Assembly (NCBI RefSeq): GCF_001447785.1
Contig: NW_015168102.1
Span: forward strand, 1 to 64,000
Origin: Gekko japonicus
Taxonomy: Eukaryota
DNA length: 64,000 bases
Direction: 5' to 3'
A model generated the notes under the pieces. It was not told where the DNA came from. It made no database searches and saw only the letters and a list, made by a program, of their open reading frames with translations. The translations under genes were made by a program, and so were the position numbers. This document shows, piece after piece, positions 58,301 to 64,000 of the stretch; the stretch's first letter is position 1, and each line of letters opens with the position of its first letter.

Positions 58301-61300
58301 CGGGACCACACATCGTAGCATCCAGACAAGAATAAAAGAACATGAAAGACACTGCCGACTTGGCCAACCTGAAAAATCAGCAGTGGCTGAACATAGCCTA
58401 ACTCAAACAGGACACAGTATCTTATTCCAAGACACTGAAATGCTGGACAACACATTCAATTACCATGTCATATTACACAGGGAAGCCATTGAAATCCATA
58501 AACGTAAACACAATTTCAACAGGAAAGAAGAGAGTTTAAAAATAAATAGGGCATGGTTTCCTGTCCTGAAAAACACAAAATGCTCTACATCTTACAACAG
58601 CACTACAGATAAGATTAGAATTTCAACAGCCCATCCATATGCAAAAGAACCTCCTCAGGAAAGCTCCTCTATTAGCATGTCTCAGCCCTACCCCACCTTC
58701 CTGAGTAGATATAAATTACCTGCCTACCGTTTTTCTTCTCACATTGACACAGAGAGTACTCCCTGTGTTATACTTCTGAGGATGACAGTCACAGCTGGTG
58801 GCAAAATGTCAAGTACTACAATGCCAAGACCATGGCCATACAGCCCAGAAAATCTACAACTAATGAACTCCGGCTTTGAAAGCCTTTGACAACAAAAATG
58901 CTTCCAGTTATTCTTCCATATTCACATTTTGGGTTATATTTATTATTTTAACTTGTTTTCTTGAGGCTGGTTTGTAAACAGCTTCAATATAATCAGTAGA
59001 CAGCTAATATACATATAACATGGAATAGTGAAGAAAATAAAGACAAGCTTCAGAATAAATACTGAACGTTGTTTGGCTTTTATAACCAGCTATTAATTCC
59101 AAGTCAACCAATATTCTTCTATTTGCACTCACTGAAAACAACTACTATGCTTGCATCAGTTCTGTACATTAGAAATTTTTTAAAAATTCCAGTTGCTAAT
59201 ATGGAGATTTTATGTGATACTTACAGCTTCATGTTAGCCCAAAATCACTTGGCCCTTCACATCCTTCAAAATAGGGTGCTGGAAAAACTAGTTTTCAACC
59301 AGAAATATTACCATACAATTACAGCAGACTCTACTTTTTAACAGGAGAGTCACATATCAGTTAATTTCTTCAAACTATGCTAGTCTTTTAGGATATGAGT
59401 GATATTAGAACTCTGCAGTGACACTATTCCTTTCCCTGTCTGGACAGCAGGGGTCAGATACATGGCTTCTGAAAAAAACACCCATCCAGGACTCACCCTG
59501 ATATCTGACTTTGGATCTGATTAGAGTGCAAACAATATAAATCCAAGTGGTATGCACTGACTGACCTAAGTACTCCTTTAAGCATCATTCTGGAAGCATT
59601 ACTTTTCTAAATTTGTATGGATTTCTGATGTTTCAGATCACTCACCTGCCTTTGCACAAGACAGTTTGTGTCCTGCTTTCCAATCCCTAACCTGGTGGTC
59701 TTTGCTACAGTAATAAGCTTTGTGACATTTAGAGCACACTTTGGGACCCAAACAACCACAGACTTTGCACAGTTTTGCCCCACATTTCAGTTGCAGAATT
59801 GCACCCGGCACCTCCTCCAGGGTTGGCTCTTCAGGAGGAGGCTCAAAAGAATAAATGTCATTCTTCCTTGGTAACTGATTCCTGAAAACTTAGAAGAGAA
59901 AAAAAAAAATCAAAGTGAATAACCTGAAAGAGTATAACGATTTTCCATTTATATTTACATCTTTCTGTCCTTGGTATGACATACTACAACCACACGCCTT
60001 AATCTTTTCTTGAAGGAAGATCCCCTAATCCCAAAGTTTCCCAGCTCCCTAGGGAGGCAGGGGCAGAATATCAGATACTTCTGTAACATTCATCAATGTA
60101 ACAAAAGTCTTTGTAAGAAAGTGTGCTTTCCAATATTCACTGCTTATATTTACAACTGACCTATCAAGCTAAATTGCTATATGATCCTGATGTTTCCGTT
60201 TGCAACATCATTTGTTTCGGTATATACATAAACTGGGGGGGGGGGACCAATGCCACTAAGATGGACAGATAATATTAACCCTAATGCATTTCTGATTTTT
60301 AAATCTTAGATCCCTGTCACTGGGTTGCCAAAAATGTCAGCAGTCGAGGATTTCCAAAGGTTGCTATGCAACTCGCAGTTCATATTTGTAAGATTTAGAA
60401 CTGCACAAGACATATTCCCATTTTGCTAGAACAGTCTTCGAGATTTCAATTATGACAATAACTTTATGGAGCTGTCAACTAAATGTTGCTGGTGAGGAGA
60501 ACTCACTTCCTCAGCATTTGAGATTCTATGCACTACTAAGAAGATACAGATGACCAGCCCAAAGCAGCTCTGATGGTGGATTCTGTGGAGAGGACTTTAC
60601 AGTACCTTAACACACTAATGTAAACAGGCATACACAACAAAGATGCTTGTGGCTCCTTAGAAACAAACAGATACTACATTTGGTTTTGAGAGGCAATGTG
60701 GTACAGTGGTTAGACTGTGAGATTAGGAACGAGAAGGGCCCGGTTAGTTTGTGTGCATGTTTTAAAGTCACCAGTCAGTCATGAAGCTCTGTGGGTGACC
60801 CTGGGCCAGTCATTCAGCCTAAGCTACAGTAGAGGGGGGGAATGTAACAAATGGACTGGGCCTGCACATTAAAGGTAAAGGTTCCCTTGCTCGAAAGCCA
60901 GTCGAGTCCGACTCTAGGGTTGCGGTGCTCATCTCCGTTTCAAAGCCGAAGAGCCAGCGCTGTCCGAAGACGTTTCCGTGGTCATGTGGCCGGCATGACT
61001 AAACACCTAGGCGCACGGAACGCTGTTACCTTCCCACCGAAGTGGTACCTATTTATCTACTTGCAATTTCTTGCTTTCGAACTGCTAGGTTGGCAGGAGC
61101 TGGAACTAGAGATGGGAGCTCACTCCGTCTTGCGGCACCCGGGTCTCGAACTGCTGAACTACTGACCTTCCACAGCCTGCAGTCCAGCGTCTTAACCACT
61201 TGAGCCACCGCAGCTCCTGCCCGCACATTAGGACACCCTGAATCTGCTTGCTTCTAAAGGTCCTCTCCTTTCAGCCCCCAGCCACGTGGCTCCACAACCA

Positions 61301-61679
61301 GAGCCCGTAGCAGGGCCTCTCCCTTTCCCCTTTGCAGGAAGCGAGCCGAAGGGCTGCCTGGCTTGCGAGCTCCCTCCTTACCTCTCAGACTGCCCGGGGC
61401 GGGGCCGGCGGGGCGGTAGCAGGCGGGCTGGCGGCAGGCGAAGAGGAAGAGGCCTCTGTGAAAGGCGTCCGGTCGGTCGGGCAAAGGGGCGTAGAGCTGC
61501 AGGAGGAAGGCGCAAGACTGTCCGCAAACGCCGCACCGCAGCTCGGATGGGCCGGGCAGGCCGCTTTCGCCCAGCCAAGCCGGCCTCCCGCCGACCTTGG
61601 AGGGGAACTGCTCCCGACGCAGCCGCCAAGCATCCACCGCCTCTTCCGCGAAACCCAGCTCGACCGCCGGCGAACCCAT
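52210..61679 (-). CDS. PDCD2: Programmed cell death protein 2 (MYND zinc finger + PDCD2_C; uS5 chaperone). complement(join(52210..52368,55474..55590,56436..56551,58102..58254,59646..59888,61382..61679)), 1086 nt / 361 aa
   Basis: [55 protein letters not shown]; MYND motif [38 protein letters not shown]; [11 protein letters not shown]; [50 protein letters not shown]; phases consistent. Confidence 0.96.
52905..53996 (-). mobile_element. Solo LTR (1092 bp), PDCD2 intron 5
   Basis: TGTA...TACA termini; perfect 5-bp TSD ACTAT (52900-52904, 53997-54001); minus-strand TATAAG ~53514-53519 followed by AATAAA 53215-53220. Confidence 0.85.
55474..55590 (-). CDS. PDCD2: PDCD2 exon 5 (117 nt)
   Basis: tttcag|ATT ATC AGA TAT...GAA TTC CAG|gtatgt. 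Confidence 0.95.
56436..56551 (-). CDS. PDCD2: PDCD2 exon 4 (116 nt)
   Basis: ttttag|AG GAA GCA...[28 protein letters not shown]|gtttta. Confidence 0.92.
57704..57903 (-). mobile_element. hAT MITE nested in a 5S-derived SINE (~57560-57935)
   Basis: TIR CAGTGTTCCCTCTAAG / CTTAGAGGGAACATTG; perfect 8-bp TSD GTACCAAC. Confidence 0.9.
58102..58254 (-). CDS. PDCD2: PDCD2 exon 3 (153 nt)
   Basis: ttatag|AT CAG GTG...[18 protein letters not shown]...AGT ACA C|gtaagt. Confidence 0.92.
58277..58890 (+). mobile_element. Penelope-like element 3' part (GIY-YIG endonuclease C-terminus plus terminal region with a decayed hammerhead)
   Basis: [38 protein letters not shown]...[16 protein letters not shown]; flanking 10-bp direct repeat AACAAAAATG. 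Confidence 0.9.
59646..59888 (-). CDS. PDCD2: PDCD2 exon 2 (243 nt, MYND finger)
   Basis: ctaag|TT TTC AGG AAT CAG...AAG GCA G|gtgagt. Confidence 0.96.
60872..61217 (-). mobile_element. Sauria SINE, full length, PDCD2 intron 1
   Basis: TSD GCCTGCACATTA (60860-60871) / GCCCGCACATTA (61219-61230). Confidence 0.92.
61382..61679 (-). CDS. PDCD2: PDCD2 exon 1 coding part (298 nt)
   Basis: gccATGG start; ends CTG AGA G|gtaagg. Confidence 0.95.
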
Positions 61680-61960
61680 GGCCCGTCCAGTCGGCTTCGT
61701 CGGGAAAGCGGCGGCCCCCCGACCCCGGCCGGCTTCTATGTGACGCCCTTGCTGCGAGGCTCTGGGGAAGAGCAGCGCCTCTGGTGGCTCGCCAGTGTAT
61801 GGCCTTTCCGCGTAGAGGAGAGTAGCGCTCCCCTCGGTAGCTGCTCGGACTGCTTGAACAAACCCCGAAGCGGTTCTGTGTAGCAGGAACTAAAATAACG
61901 CCGGCAAAGTCCTCGCACAGCCGGATAAAATTTCGGCCTCCCAAGATTTCAGGCGGGTGT
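61680..61960 (-). promoter_or_regulatory. PDCD2 CpG-island promoter / 5' UTR
   Basis: CpG island running from exon 1 (~61280) to ~61960, immediately upstream of the ATG. Confidence 0.7.
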
Positions 61961-62084
61961 GCAGAGACAGAGAAGAATGAGGAAGAAGCAATTTTGCCAA
62001 ATCTCACTTGTCTTGCAGGGATCGGAGAGAGGAAAAGCTGTGCTTGATTTTAAACAGATCCAGTTGGTCAGATGTTTGGTCCGA

Positions 62085-62740
62085 AGCAGAGCAGTACAAC
62101 AAATTCAGAGTCCAGTCAACAAAGGTTTATTCAAGGTATGAGCTTTCGTGTGCAAGGCACGCTTTTTCAAATATGTTAGAATGGCAGGCAAGGTTCAAAC
62201 TTCTAGCCAGAGAATGACATTTATCTGCCACTGGACTCTAATTTTGTACATTTATTGGCTAGTTTGACATATTTATTACTTTACAACTGTTGAACCTATA
62301 ATCTTATTTTAGTGTCACTTTGCATATCTTGATCATCATCATGTTGCATGTTTTAATTTGCTGTTCATTCTCTGGCTATAAGTTTGAACCTTACCTGCCA
62401 TTCTAACGTGTTTAATAAAGTGTGCGTGTACACGAAAGCTCATACCTTGGATAAACCTTTGTTGGTCTTAAAGGTGCCAGTGAACTCTAAATTTGTTGAT
62501 TTTAAACAATCCCTTTTCTGTAACATAAAAAATACTAGAACAAAGTTTGAATCCAGTGGCACCTTTAAGACCAACAAAGTTTAAATCTGGGCATAAGATT
62601 TCTTATTCTGGGTATAATCAGATGAGGTGTGAATGCACACAAAAGTGTATACCCAGAATTAAACTTTGTTGGTCTTGAAGGTGCCACTGGACTCAAACAT
62701 TGTCCTGTTGCTTCAGACCAACACAGCTACCCACCTGAAT
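62085..62740. mobile_element. Cluster of Penelope-type terminal repeats in alternating orientation; related fragments at ~26295-26415 and ~36920-37005
   Basis: Repeated GTGTGCNTGCACACGAAAGCTCATACC and GTTGGTCTTAAAGGTGCCACTGGACTC motifs on both strands. Confidence 0.75.
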
Positions 62741-63007
62741 AAAAATACTGGGTCACGTAGTCCTCCTAACAGCAAACTGGAGGAGCACTATGCCACTAGC
62801 TTTAATAAATGTTGGTCACGCTGGGAGACCTAGGCTTGCTTCTGGCAACGTGAACTGGCCAAAGAATCCAGAGAACAGAAATTTGTGGTGACCGACTGTT
62901 AGAGCACTGCAGGTTCAGATGACTCAATGCTTAAGAGTGGGGGGGGGATGCAAAATGAACTCGCCCCTCATTGACAATGTGCTATGCAATCACTGCAGAT
63001 AGATGGA

Positions 63008-63357
63008 AGTTGTTGTTGTTGTTGTTCAGTCGCACAGTCGAGTCCGACTCTTCACGACCCCATGGACCAGATCACGCCAGGCCTTCCTGTCTTCCGCTGT
63101 CCTCTGAAGTTTACTCAATTTCATGTTCGTTGCATCTATGACACTGTCCAACCATCTCATCCTTTGTCGTCCCCGTCTTCTTTGACCTTCAATCTTTCCC
63201 AGCATCAGGGTCTTCTCCAGTGAGTGCTCCCTTCTCATTTGGTGGCCAAAGTATTTGAGCTTCAGTTTCATTATTTGGCCTTCCAGGGAACAGTCAGGGT
63301 TGATTTCTTTTAGGATTGACTGATTTGATCTTCTTGCAGTCCAAGGGACTCTCAAGA
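63008..63357 (-). mobile_element. BovB (RTE) LINE 3' fragment
   Basis: ILRVPWTARRSNQSILKEINPDCSLEGQIMKLKLKYFGH..LEKTLMLGKIEGQRRRGRQRMRWLD; (CAA)n tail. Confidence 0.93.
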
Positions 63358-64000
63358 TGGAAGGATAGATGGAAGGCAGGGCCATAAACAAAAGAATGCC
63401 ATTTTTCCTCACTGGGGACTAAGTATTAGGAAAAGACCTACTGATAGGCTCTGTTCCACACCCATCAGGACTGGGAGAAGACCTCCTCTCCCAAGCTAAG
63501 AGGAAGCGGCAACTAGAAAGAAAGGTTGAGGGAAAGAAAAACAAAGCAGTATGACTTGACTCAAGCATCCTATCTTTCTTTAGTGATCTGCTATGAGGCA
63601 GCAGATTTTAAGTCCTCCATCTGTGTGCTATTTGTAAATAAAGCAAATACTGCAAGAAACTATGGCTGATGGTATAAATATCTAGCCTGATCTAAAAATC
63701 TAGTCTTTTACTGCCAAATTGTAAAGACACAAGCGGCAGTTCCATTAGCAAAACCCATCACCTAGTTATGTTTTCTTCATCGTGTATATCTGCAGCTTTG
63801 CTAAATTTACAAAATGCCCACAGTGGTTGCATCCTGCCTGAGGCTTTAGCCTTTGCTTTAGGTGAGATAGAGGCTAGTAGTTACATGCTAGTTTCAACTG
63901 TAAGTGATGTCTTGCAGTGAGCACACTCTGCGAACTACAGGGATTTGTATTTCAAAGATCCAACCTCAAATCCCTTGTTTCAAAACCTTCCAGAGTTCTA

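Noticed and set aside
61286-62007. Long alternative-frame and antisense ORFs over PDCD2 exon 1
   Set aside because: By-product of the CpG island; low-complexity Arg/Gly/Pro/Ala translations

Overview
Eukaryotic, intron-rich DNA from a squamate reptile, probably a gecko. This is inferred from Sauria SINEs, a Squam3-like SINE with a (CTT)n tail, and BovB, CR1, L2 and Penelope repeats. The window holds the conserved vertebrate housekeeping cluster, and all exons were reconstructed by hand with GT-AG junctions and consistent phases: PSMB1 (minus, 6 exons, 239 aa), TBP (plus, 7 coding exons plus a putative non-coding exon 1, 300 aa) and PDCD2 (minus, 6 exons, 361 aa). PSMB1 and TBP are head-to-head; TBP and PDCD2 are tail-to-tail. 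The first ~25 kb has no recognisable gene, only transposon debris, candidate enhancer-like blocks and CTCF-like motifs. There is an assembly gap at 1008-1609. I see no convincing new protein-coding system, and most ORF-track entries are repeat-derived or spurious. The most interesting signals are element-host interactions: (1) about 8 Penelope-type minimal hammerhead-ribozyme motifs, two of them inside the PSMB1-TBP promoter; (2) a Penelope insertion in the polypyrimidine tract of PDCD2 exon 3 that displaces the likely ancestral branch point; (3) a sense-oriented solo LTR in the last PDCD2 intron; (4) a TSD-bounded, ORF2-less L1-like (HAL1-like) element in TBP intron 3; (5) a GC-rich Helitron-like insert between the TBP and PDCD2 3' ends.
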